Position numbers and translations under genes: made by a program. The notes under the pieces were generated by a model, which was not told where the DNA came from, did no database searches, and saw only the letters and a program-made list of their open reading frames with translations. Positions 1 to 8,438 of a stretch of 64,000 nucleotides of DNA are shown piece after piece. The stretch is from NCBI GenBank assembly GCA_016292805.1, contig JAEDFM010000004.1, positions 4,209 through 68,208 of the forward strand, read 5' to 3'. The first letter of the stretch is position 1, and every line of letters starts with the position of its first letter. The DNA is from Treponema sp. GTDB taxonomy: Bacteria > Spirochaetota > Spirochaetia > Treponematales > Treponemataceae.

Positions 1-590
1 GCATCCATTAATTTACCAAAGTTGATACAGTTGTAACCAATAATCTGACCATCTTTATCGATAGCACATGTTTCAACGTATCCTTCTGTCATTTCAAGGT
101 AACGTGGACCTGTTTTGCGTGTAGCAAACATAGTACCAACCTGAGAACGGAGGTTTTTTCCCAGGTCTTCCAAAGAAGCACCAACTTTAAGACCGTTCTT
201 AGAGTAAGCAGACTGTGTACGACCGTAAACAATCTGCATAAAGAGCTCGCGCATAGCTGTGTTGATAGCATCACAAACCAAGTCTGTGTTTAATGCTTCA
301 AGCAATGTTTTTCCAATAAGAATTTCAGAAGCCATAGCTGCTGAGTGTGTCATACCAGAACAACCAATTGTTTCAACAAGAGCTTCTTCAATAATACCGT
401 CTTTAACGTTCAAAGAAAGCTTACAAGCTCCCTGCTGTGGTGCACACCAACCGATACCGTGTGTGAAACCAGAAACATCTTCAATTTTTTTAACCTGTAC
501 CCATTCGCCTTCTTCAGGAATAGGTGCTGGTCCATGATATGCGCCTTTAGCTAAAGGACACATATGTTCTACTTCTGCTGTGTAGATCAT
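1..590 (-). CDS. IscU/NifU-like Fe-S scaffold protein, truncated by the window edge; family often paired with GGGtGRT proteins
   Basis: Absent from the ORF track. Manual translation from ATG at 590 gives MIYTAEVEHMCPLAKGAYHGPAPIPEEG...GWCAPQQGACKL...ETIGCSGMTHSAAMASE...LVCDA; GGAG RBS upstream; open to the window edge. Confidence 0.7.
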   Translation of the reverse strand, partial: MIYTAEVEHMCPLAKGAYHGPAPIPEEGEWVQVKKIEDVSGFTHGIGWCAPQQGACKLSLNVKDGIIEEALVETIGCSGMTHSAAMASEILIGKTLLEALNTDLVCDAINTAMRELFMQIVYGRTQSAYSKNGLKVGASLEDLGKNLRSQVGTMFATRKTGPRYLEMTEGYVETCAIDKDGQIIGYNCINFGKLMD

Positions 591-684
591 TTATTGCTCC
601 TATAAAAATAAGTTCTATTTAAAAAATGCCTATTAAGCACAATTTAACCACAAAGATTATAATTTTTTTGAAAATAAAAAACAA

Positions 685-806
685 GGGCGTTCCCCTTCGG
701 GTCGCTATGTTCCAGGTTTCGCTTCGCTCCAGCCTCCGCACTCGCTCACCAGCCTGGTTCGCTCCCTTGCGGTGGCCGCCTTCGGCGCCTTTCACAGCGC
801 TAACGC
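685..806. repeat. GC-rich multi-hairpin intergenic element (REP/MITE-like)
   Basis: Nested inverted repeats GCGTT(687-691)/AACGC(802-806), CCC-TTC-GGG, GC-TTC-GC, CCGCA/TGCGG, ACCA/TGGT, CGCC-TTC-GGCG inside AT-rich flanks. Confidence 0.5.
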
Positions 807-810
807 AATT

Positions 811-846
811 AAAAAAAAAGACCACTCCATAATAAAGTGATCTTTT
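811..846 (-). terminator. Rho-independent terminator of argG
   Basis: Minus strand AAGATCACT-TTATTATGG-AGTGGTCT followed by a long T tract. Confidence 0.7.
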
Positions 847-927
847 AACTCTAAAACTAATTTTTTGTGCTTATTCCTGAGCATTAGAAATAGCTATAAT
901 ATTACAGCTAACTTCACAAAAATCTCA

Positions 928-2193
928 TTACTCAGTAGGTCTTTTTTTCAAGTTCTTGCTTTCTGCAATTGCCTGACCTTCACCTACTTCCTGTTCCATC
1001 ATAGCACGAACTTTAAGTGGAAGACCTGCAAGTGTAATAAAGCCCTGAGCATCTTTATGATTGTAAAGTTCACCTGTAGCAAACGAAGCAATTGATTCAT
1101 TGTACAAGCTGTATTTAGAACCAGAACCAGCACCACGAATAGCACCTTTTACAACCTTAACTTTAGCCCAACCTGTAACAGTTTCTTCTGCTTTATCAAC
1201 AAAAGCCATACAAGAATCCATTAAAGTTGTAAACCATTTTCCTTCGTAAATAAGGTCTGCCATACGCAAAGACACCTGCTGTTTGAAGTGATATGTTTCG
1301 CGGTCCAAACAAATGTGATCCATCATTCTGTGAGCAAAATAAAGGATAGATCCACCTGGAGTTTCATAAACACCACGAGATTTCATACCTACGAAACGGT
1401 TTTCACAAATATCAACAAGACCAACACCGTTGCGTCCACCAATTGTGTTCAATTCAGTAAGAAGCTCCAAAGCGTTCATCTTTTTACCGTTCAAACCAAC
1501 TGGAATTCCTTTTTCAAAATCGATAGTTACATATTCACCATCATTTGGAGCTTCTTCTGGAACAACAGTATTTTTCAACATATGTTTGAAGTTTGGTTCA
1601 TTTTCAACTTTTTCAAGTTCAAGACCTTCATGAGAAAGGTGCCAGATATTTTCATCACGAGAATATGACTGATCTTTTTTAGAAGGAACTTCAAGTCCAC
1701 GATCTTCAAGGAATTTAATTTCAGCTTCACGGCTGTCCATATTCCATTTGTCATCACGCCATGCAGCAATTACCTGTAAGTCTGGAGCAAAAGCTTTGAT
1801 ACCTAATTCAAAACGAACCTGATCATTACCTTTACCTGTAGCACCGTGACAGATTGCAACAGCACCTTCCTGACGAGCATATTCAACTAAGATTTTAGCG
1901 ATTAATGGACGAGCTGTTGATGTTCCCAAAAGATATTCATCTTCGTAAACACAGTTTGCTTTTACAGCAGGCCAGATGTATTCTTCAATATATTCCTGTT
2001 TAGCATCTACTACATAACAAGCTGCAGCACCAGTTTTAAGAGCACGAGCTTTAATTGCTTCCCAATCGTCACCCTGTCCTACGTCAATACAAACTGCAAT
2101 TACATCGTAATTGTAATTTTCCTGAAGCCATGGAATGATAACTGTTGTATCAAGTCCACCTGAGTATGCCAAAACTACTTTGTCTTTTGCCAT
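928..2193 (-). CDS. argG: Argininosuccinate synthase
   Basis: LAYSGGLDT, HGATGKGNDQVRFE, YSRDENIWH and SRGVYETPGG motifs. Confidence 0.97.
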   Translation of the reverse strand: MAKDKVVLAYSGGLDTTVIIPWLQENYNYDVIAVCIDVGQGDDWEAIKARALKTGAAACYVVDAKQEYIEEYIWPAVKANCVYEDEYLLGTSTARPLIAKILVEYARQEGAVAICHGATGKGNDQVRFELGIKAFAPDLQVIAAWRDDKWNMDSREAEIKFLEDRGLEVPSKKDQSYSRDENIWHLSHEGLELEKVENEPNFKHMLKNTVVPEEAPNDGEYVTIDFEKGIPVGLNGKKMNALELLTELNTIGGRNGVGLVDICENRFVGMKSRGVYETPGGSILYFAHRMMDHICLDRETYHFKQQVSLRMADLIYEGKWFTTLMDSCMAFVDKAEETVTGWAKVKVVKGAIRGAGSGSKYSLYNESIASFATGELYNHKDAQGFITLAGLPLKVRAMMEQEVGEGQAIAESKNLKKRPTE

Positions 2194-2215
2194 AATTTAT
2201 ATCTCCTTTGTATAA

Positions 2216-2275
2216 TTTGCATAAATATACAAAAAATATACAATTTTATGCATATTATTGCAATATATATTCATT
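2216..2275 (-). promoter_or_regulatory. Three tandem ArgR (ARG) boxes overlapping the argG promoter
   Basis: 14-bp cores at 2218-2231, 2239-2252, 2260-2273 (minus strand TGTATATTTATGCA, TGCATAAAATTGTA, TGAATATATATTGC), exactly 21 bp apart. Confidence 0.7.
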
Positions 2276-2343
2276 GTAAAGGAAACAAAAAATAATCTGA
2301 TATGTTTGAAATTTTACAGAGCTTATGACCTTAAGAGTAAGTG

Positions 2344-2937
2344 TTAAATAGAGTTAAGCTGAGAAAGAAAGTTTTCAGGTGTTAATTTCAGTTTCTGTTC
2401 CTGATTTCCCCATGTAATGGTAAGAGTATAATATTGGCTGTTTACATCAGGTTCCAGCTTCCAGATTATCTGATTATTTCCCTGATATTTTACTTTTAAC
2501 TGGGCTTTTATAAACTCCCCGGCCAGCTTTAATTTTCGCTGTTTACGGGCATTTTCTTCCAGCATATGTTCCAGTTCAATCTGCAATCCATTTTTATTCT
2601 GCAAAAATTCTGAAATTTCAGGAAATGGATCATATGGAAATTTTGTATCTGCAATTTTAATTAAATCTCCAGCATTCTTTTGAAGAAGAGTTGCTTTGAC
2701 AGAATTCTGAATAAAAAGCCGAAGTTTAATTCCAGGTGTTACAAAAGTTTCCCAGGTATAATATGAAGAAGAATTTTGTATTTCAACTTTATATTCAGGA
2801 TGAGCCAAGGCAAATCTATCAAAAGCTTCCTGGGCATTATTCATAGTTAATGGTTTTGCATTTGTACGGACCATATTTTTATGAAGGAGATGAACAAATT
2901 GATTTTTCCAGAAATCAGCTTCTATATCTAAATTCAT
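2344..2937 (-). CDS. Hypothetical protein, third gene of the MoxR/vWA unit
   Basis: 197-aa ORF 19 nt downstream of the vWA gene on the same strand; no recognised motif. Confidence 0.7.
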   Translation of the reverse strand: MNLDIEADFWKNQFVHLLHKNMVRTNAKPLTMNNAQEAFDRFALAHPEYKVEIQNSSSYYTWETFVTPGIKLRLFIQNSVKATLLQKNAGDLIKIADTKFPYDPFPEISEFLQNKNGLQIELEHMLEENARKQRKLKLAGEFIKAQLKVKYQGNNQIIWKLEPDVNSQYYTLTITWGNQEQKLKLTPENFLSQLNSI

Positions 2938-2956
2938 TTTTTACCCTAATTAACAA

Positions 2957-4279
2957 CTAAAACGGAAGATAGGTAGATTTATTTCCCGCCAGAGTATTTA
3001 TCCACTGGTGATTTTTTTCATATGCCAGGCGGCTGTCCAGAATCCAAAGTATATTGTTATTACTGTACTTTTGAACAGGAATATTTCCTTCCCCATCTGT
3101 AAAAATAATCAGACCGCTGTATTCACTTTTATGATCTTCAAAAAAATCAAAAGCAGGCTGAAAGTTTGTGCCTCCTCTTCCTTTAATTTTATCAAGATCA
3201 ATTTTTTTTCTGAATTGTACAGGCTTTGTATTTTTTAAATTTACATCAAAGAAAATCAAATCTATCTTTTCAATAATTTTAAGAAAGAAAAAGTTCTTTA
3301 TAGCATGAGTAAAATGTTCAAAGCTTTCATCTGTAATAGAGCCGGAAACATCTACAGCAATTAAAATATTTGCCTTGCGTTCATACCGGCTGCCCATAGC
3401 AGAAAAACCATAACGGCGGTTTGGACGCATTCTGGTCAAAGTTCTGTTTGCAGTAACAATACTCTGACGAAAATGAGTAAGAGCTCTTCTGTAATCAAAA
3501 GAAAAATCTGCAGAGTCTTTTATAGCACGCTGTTGTTCACCACCAATTCCACCCCATCCGGCATCAGCTTCTGCTTTTTTTATCTGATCTTTAATATGCT
3601 GCTGAGCTTCCTGATTTTCTTCCCAAAGTTCAGATTCTTCAGATTCTGCTTCAAGAAGACTTTCTGAACTTTCTGCTTTCCCGGCATCTTCTCCTGCAAT
3701 AGCGGTTTCTTTTACTAAAAATAAAATACGGCGATACCACTGTTCAAAGCTTAAATCATCAACAATCTTTAAATTTCCCGAATAATGATCTATTGAAAGA
3801 TTTCTTTGAAAGAATTTCAGCTCTTCTGAGCCTTCCCATTTAATTCCAAGGGGATGAGTTAATGTTCCAAAACGAACAGCCTGATTTTTCAGGTACAGCA
3901 CACCTGGTAAATCGTTTCCATAAGAATCACTTAAGCCAACAAAACCGGAAGGAGTTCTGCGGCAATAGCAGGAAGCATAAATACACACATCGCTGGCAAT
4001 TGAAAGAATGCCGTAACGGGGATTCAGGGGAAGTCTGGCATAAGGATGACCCAGCATAATACGGAAAACTTCATTCTTAAGATAAAACTCCACCTGCTGG
4101 TCGCTCATTGCTTCCAGAAGTTTTGGACTGTATTCTATCCTCATTTTTCCAGAACGGACAGGAATATTAAGATTAGGATTAGGGATAATGCTATGAGCAG
4201 CTTGAACTCCAAATAAAAGCGGTTCAGTTATAAACCAGTGAGAAACAATATTTTTTATCCGTTTTTCTAAATTACTCAT
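2957..4279 (-). CDS. vWA-domain protein with an N-terminal DUF2201/metallopeptidase-like region
   Basis: MIDAS DVSGS, GRGGTNF and IFTDG motifs; RPNRRYG linker; next to a MoxR-like ATPase. Confidence 0.85.
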   Translation of the reverse strand: MSNLEKRIKNIVSHWFITEPLLFGVQAAHSIIPNPNLNIPVRSGKMRIEYSPKLLEAMSDQQVEFYLKNEVFRIMLGHPYARLPLNPRYGILSIASDVCIYASCYCRRTPSGFVGLSDSYGNDLPGVLYLKNQAVRFGTLTHPLGIKWEGSEELKFFQRNLSIDHYSGNLKIVDDLSFEQWYRRILFLVKETAIAGEDAGKAESSESLLEAESEESELWEENQEAQQHIKDQIKKAEADAGWGGIGGEQQRAIKDSADFSFDYRRALTHFRQSIVTANRTLTRMRPNRRYGFSAMGSRYERKANILIAVDVSGSITDESFEHFTHAIKNFFFLKIIEKIDLIFFDVNLKNTKPVQFRKKIDLDKIKGRGGTNFQPAFDFFEDHKSEYSGLIIFTDGEGNIPVQKYSNNNILWILDSRLAYEKNHQWINTLAGNKSTYLPF

Positions 4280-4316
4280 TCCTAATTCTGCGTTATCAAA
4301 TATCCATTATCAATTG

Positions 4317-5384
4317 TTATACATCCATTACCAGTTCCATTAACTTTTGATACAAATGTGGAACAAAGTTTGAAATAAAACAAAGCGTATCAGGATATTC
4401 GCTGGCAGAACAAAGAGAAGCAAAATGAGACTGTATTTCTTTAAGTGACACTTCTCCAAGATAGTCAAAATATTCAATTAAGTTTGTTGAAATATCTCCG
4501 GCTTTGTTTTTATCATAAGCTCCGCTTTCTATAAAACGGAAAAGTGAAACATTAACCTGTGTAAAATCCATTGCAGTAAGCTTTGAAAGTTTAGATTTTA
4601 CAGTTTCAAAATCACCTTCCAGAATTTCTTTAGCAGAAGGATAATTATGTTCCATTACATAACGGAAGAATGTTACTGTTGCCCGGTTACCAATTACGCC
4701 AGAAACAAGAGCTTTGTGAAGTTCTCCCAGTTCTGAAAAGTTTTTAATTATGTTAGAAGTTCTTTCCCAGCTGCGGCGGTCTGGTGATCTTTCAAGGTTT
4801 TCTGTATCCGAATCTAAATCTGATGAATCAAGGAACTCTGGATTTTCACCAATAAAATTAATAATACGGTTATCAATTCCAGCTTTACCTGCCCATTTAA
4901 GCCAGTCTTCTACAGATGGGTTGAATTCATAAATATTAAAACGAGAAACTAATGCAGGATCCAGGTCTGTAAGCTGATATTCATTACCATTATTTACAGC
5001 AGAAATAATTCGACTGCCTTCAGGAAGAGTTTTACCGGCCAGTTTACGGTTTAATGTAAGGTCCATTATAACTTGAAGGATTTCCGGGCGGCTTCTGTTC
5101 AGTTCATCTAAAAACAGAACAACAGGTTTACCATCTGTAGGAAACCAATATGGAACCATAAAATCTGTTTTACCAGTTTTACTATTTTTTTCTGGAAGCC
5201 CCAACAAATCTGCAGGATCTGCCATTTGACCTAAAAAAAGTGTAACGACTTTTTCACCTTTTGCAGAAAAATAATCTTCCAGGATACGGCTTTTACCAAT
5301 ACCATGTTTACCAACCAGCATAATGTTCTGAGTTGCAGGAGTATTATCAAGAATAAAAGTGAGTTGTTGAGTATTAATTGTCAT
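4317..5384 (-). CDS. MoxR-like AAA+ ATPase
   Basis: Walker A GKHGIGKS, Walker B VLFLDELNR, LDPALVSRF arginine finger, PDRRSWE. Confidence 0.88.
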   Translation of the reverse strand: MTINTQQLTFILDNTPATQNIMLVGKHGIGKSRILEDYFSAKGEKVVTLFLGQMADPADLLGLPEKNSKTGKTDFMVPYWFPTDGKPVVLFLDELNRSRPEILQVIMDLTLNRKLAGKTLPEGSRIISAVNNGNEYQLTDLDPALVSRFNIYEFNPSVEDWLKWAGKAGIDNRIINFIGENPEFLDSSDLDSDTENLERSPDRRSWERTSNIIKNFSELGELHKALVSGVIGNRATVTFFRYVMEHNYPSAKEILEGDFETVKSKLSKLTAMDFTQVNVSLFRFIESGAYDKNKAGDISTNLIEYFDYLGEVSLKEIQSHFASLCSASEYPDTLCFISNFVPHLYQKLMELVMDV

Positions 5385-5432
5385 ACTCAGGATTTTAACA
5401 GAGAAAAAAGTTTTATTGAATAAGTTTTGTGA

Positions 5433-6212
5433 TTATTTAGTCTTATCTTTTAAAATCAATTCTCGTAAAGCTTCAACTGCAACTGTAATTGCCAGTTCTG
5501 TATCGTGAGCCTGTTTATTTGGTAATCCTTTTTTTGCCCGTTCCTGATTTGCTACAACAAGGAAACAGCTTCCTACCCTTACCCGTAAAAACTGTCCGGC
5601 AATAAATAAAGCAGCACTTTCCATTTCGCTGGCAAGACACCCCATTCTAAGCCATGCCTGCCATTTATTTTCCAGTTCGTAAGAAACAGGCATAACTTCA
5701 GGTTCATGCTGACCAAAGAAAGAATCTTTACACTGAACAACACCAACATGATGTGGAGCCTTTAATTTATCAGCAGCATTAATTAGAGCATTTACACATT
5801 CAATATTTGGAACTGCAGGATATTCAATTGGAGCAAATTCTCTGGAAGTTCCTTCCATACGAACAGCACCTGTAGCAATAACAATATCACCACCCATAAC
5901 ATCATCCTGCATACCGCCACAAGTTCCTACACGAATAAAAGTATGAGCGCCGCATTTTGCCAGTTCATCAATAGCAATGGCTGCAGAAGGTCCCCCTATA
6001 CCAGTAGAAGTAACACTTACAGGAACACCTTCCAAAGTACCAGTATAAGTTACATATTCACGTACATCAGCTACAAGACGAGGATTTTCAAAATGTTCTG
6101 CAATTTTAGCACATCGTTTTGGATCTCCAGGCATAATTACATATTTACCAATATCCTGTGGACCTACTCCTGTATGATACTGTTTGCCTGAACCTTCTGT
6201 ATAATCAACCAT
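5433..6212 (-). CDS. udp: Uridine (nucleoside) phosphorylase
   Basis: [31 protein letters not shown] motifs. Confidence 0.9.
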   Translation of the reverse strand: MVDYTEGSGKQYHTGVGPQDIGKYVIMPGDPKRCAKIAEHFENPRLVADVREYVTYTGTLEGVPVSVTSTGIGGPSAAIAIDELAKCGAHTFIRVGTCGGMQDDVMGGDIVIATGAVRMEGTSREFAPIEYPAVPNIECVNALINAADKLKAPHHVGVVQCKDSFFGQHEPEVMPVSYELENKWQAWLRMGCLASEMESAALFIAGQFLRVRVGSCFLVVANQERAKKGLPNKQAHDTELAITVAVEALRELILKDKTK

Positions 6213-6236
6213 AAAATCCTCCTGAAAAGTGATGTT

Positions 6237-8162
6237 TTATTGTTTATTTGCAGCTTTTGCTTTAGCTTCTGCTTCCATCTGCTTATGCATTTCTTCTTTT
6301 TTGATGTACATAATTTCATCAACCTTTTCTACAGCCTGCTGTAAAGTTAAAGGTGAATCAGGATTTACAGTATATGTACCAGCACTGGCAGATAATTTAT
6401 AAGGAAGCTTCATTAAAGCAACCTTTTTATTAAGAGTATTTGTTATTAATTCACAGTAATCCTGACCTTTATACTCATAGGAATTACCAAGAATAAGGAA
6501 TTCATCACCACCATAACGGACAACCTTCCAGGTTTTTGGAACAACCTGAAGAATTGCTGCAGCTACAGTTTTTACAGCCAAATCTCCGTGAAGATGACCG
6601 AACTGGTCATTAATAAGCTTCATTTTATTGATATCCACAAAGTAAAGAATATTTGCCAGGCGGCGATTTTTATTCTGTTCATAAAATGGAATAACAAGTT
6701 TTTCCATACCAACACGGTTCAAACAACCAGAAAGAGCATCAACAGTGGAAATCTTAAGGAACTGCTGGCTTAAATGTTTGAACATATTATTTTTACGGAA
6801 TCGTTCAACACTGGTACCAAAAGTACGAGTCCAGGTGTAACCATAATGATTTTCAATAAGATTCAGACAGTTTTTTATAACAACATAACCAAACACATAA
6901 GAATGATTGAAAATTGGCATAAAAAGGAATATATCATTTCCTTCTTCCGATTTTAATTTTTGTGGAAGCAATTCTCGGGTAGGAATTAATTCATTAATAT
7001 ATTTTTTATTATCTTTTACAGCAATTACAGACTGAACATTCTCTCCAAAGGAAAGATTTTGTGGAAGATTTTCTTCAGAGTTAATTAATACAGAAGACCA
7101 GTCTGATTTTAAGAAAATAGAAAAGTTTGGACCTTCAAAGTGATGAGATTTTGCAAAGAACGATTCCAGATTTGTAAGCAAAGTAAATACATCGTTAGAT
7201 TCTGTAAAGATTTCCTCGATTACTTCCATCTGAGTAGAGAATTCATCACTTACATTCATTGAATCCAGAACATTAAAGGCAAAAACTTTATGACTATCTG
7301 ACATACCAGCCATACAGCCACAGCTGCGTCTATATACAGGAGAACTTCTTAAAGAAATGTGTCTTATTTCTCTATCCCCAGAAAGAACTCGTTTAATAGC
7401 TTCTGCACCAACCTGTTCTGCATTACCGCGAACAGTAGAGATTGATGGCATCAGACATTTAGAATAGAAAATATCATCATAACCAACAATTTTAATATCT
7501 TCAGGAACCTTGATTTTATGTTCATCTGCAACTTTTAATAAAGCAAGTGCCATAAGGTCGTTGGCACAAACAAAAGCCTGTGGCAGTTTTTTTCCAGATT
7601 CCACATAATCATTTAAAAAGTCATAGGCAATACTGTAATTGGAGGAAGCAATTGTAAAAACCTTCTGCTGGTCAAACGGAATGTTATTTTCCATAAGACA
7701 GGTTCTATAGGCCTTATATCGTTCTGCAAAATCTATAGACTGCTCTTTTCCAGAAATATACGCAATATCTTTTACATCATGCATTCTTATAAGATGAGTA
7801 ATTAAATCATGAAAACCAGAATAATTATCAACTTTAATGCAGCTTATCCCCTTTAAAGGATGATTGATTGTGATTGCAGGAATACCGGCTCTTAAAATGC
7901 GTGCTCTTTCTTTTTCTAGAACACGAGTACTTCCAATTAAATCTGAAAGAACAATAACGCCGTCAAAATCTTCATAATGAACTAAAGAGAATATAGAATA
8001 TCCTGTTGTATTGGGATAACCCGAGAATTCGGTATAGTTATAACCGTTGAATATGTAAATATCAATATTCTGGTCTTTAACCGCTCTTTGCATTCCCTGA
8101 ATAAAATCAGTTACAAAATAAGTTGACCAGGCACAACAAAGTACAGCAACTCTTCTTTTCAT
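6237..8162 (-). CDS. Diguanylate cyclase with an N-terminal LacI/periplasmic-binding-protein-like sensor domain
   Basis: AFVCANDLMA, IVGYDD, RRSCGC sensor motifs; C-terminal IND.FGHLHGD and RYGGDEF; ATG at 8162 has AGGA 8 nt upstream. Confidence 0.88.
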   Translation of the reverse strand: MKRRVAVLCCAWSTYFVTDFIQGMQRAVKDQNIDIYIFNGYNYTEFSGYPNTTGYSIFSLVHYEDFDGVIVLSDLIGSTRVLEKERARILRAGIPAITINHPLKGISCIKVDNYSGFHDLITHLIRMHDVKDIAYISGKEQSIDFAERYKAYRTCLMENNIPFDQQKVFTIASSNYSIAYDFLNDYVESGKKLPQAFVCANDLMALALLKVADEHKIKVPEDIKIVGYDDIFYSKCLMPSISTVRGNAEQVGAEAIKRVLSGDREIRHISLRSSPVYRRSCGCMAGMSDSHKVFAFNVLDSMNVSDEFSTQMEVIEEIFTESNDVFTLLTNLESFFAKSHHFEGPNFSIFLKSDWSSVLINSEENLPQNLSFGENVQSVIAVKDNKKYINELIPTRELLPQKLKSEEGNDIFLFMPIFNHSYVFGYVVIKNCLNLIENHYGYTWTRTFGTSVERFRKNNMFKHLSQQFLKISTVDALSGCLNRVGMEKLVIPFYEQNKNRRLANILYFVDINKMKLINDQFGHLHGDLAVKTVAAAILQVVPKTWKVVRYGGDEFLILGNSYEYKGQDYCELITNTLNKKVALMKLPYKLSASAGTYTVNPDSPLTLQQAVEKVDEIMYIKKEEMHKQMEAEAKAKAANKQ

Positions 8163-8191
8163 ATACAAAGTCCTATTCCCGCAGAAAAGAA

Positions 8192-8365
8192 TTATCTGAT
8201 AACCACACTAAGTAAAAATCCTATAGCCACACTTATAGCAATTGCCAAAATAGTAATGATTATATATTTAGCCACAGGAACCTTTTTGTTTGTATCCTGC
8301 TCCAATCTGCATTCATAGATTGTCTTGTCTTCTTCATTCCTGATTTTTATTTTTTTATCTGGCAT
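8192..8365 (-). CDS. 57-aa small protein with a C-terminal transmembrane segment (not in the ORF track)
   Basis: MPDKKIKIRNEEDKTIYECRLEQDTNKKVPVAKYIIITILAIAISVAIGFLLSVVIR; AGGAG RBS; TGcTATAAT extended -10 at 8385-8393. Confidence 0.7.
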   Translation of the reverse strand: MPDKKIKIRNEEDKTIYECRLEQDTNKKVPVAKYIIITILAIAISVAIGFLLSVVIR

Positions 8366-8394
8366 TGATAACTCCTATAGAATAATTATAGCAT

Positions 8395-8433
8395 AAAAAA
8401 AGCACGCTTCAAATTGAAACGTGCTTTTTTTTT
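8395..8433. terminator. Rho-independent terminator downstream of the hydratase gene, bidirectional shape
   Basis: A-tract, AGCACG-cttcaaattgaaa-CGTGCT, T-tract. Confidence 0.8.
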
Positions 8434-8438
8434 ACTAC

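Noticed and set aside
89..554. Short ORFs 89-274, 259-537 and 345-554
   Set aside because: Shadow frames of the scaffold gene at <1-590
619..832. Two 68-aa ORFs on opposite strands
   Set aside because: They are open only because they cross the GC-rich palindromic element; no RBS or protein-like composition
4284..4316. TTGATAA direct repeat resembling a Fur box between the AAA and vWA genes
   Set aside because: Not palindromic, inside an operon, and likely by chance in AT-rich DNA
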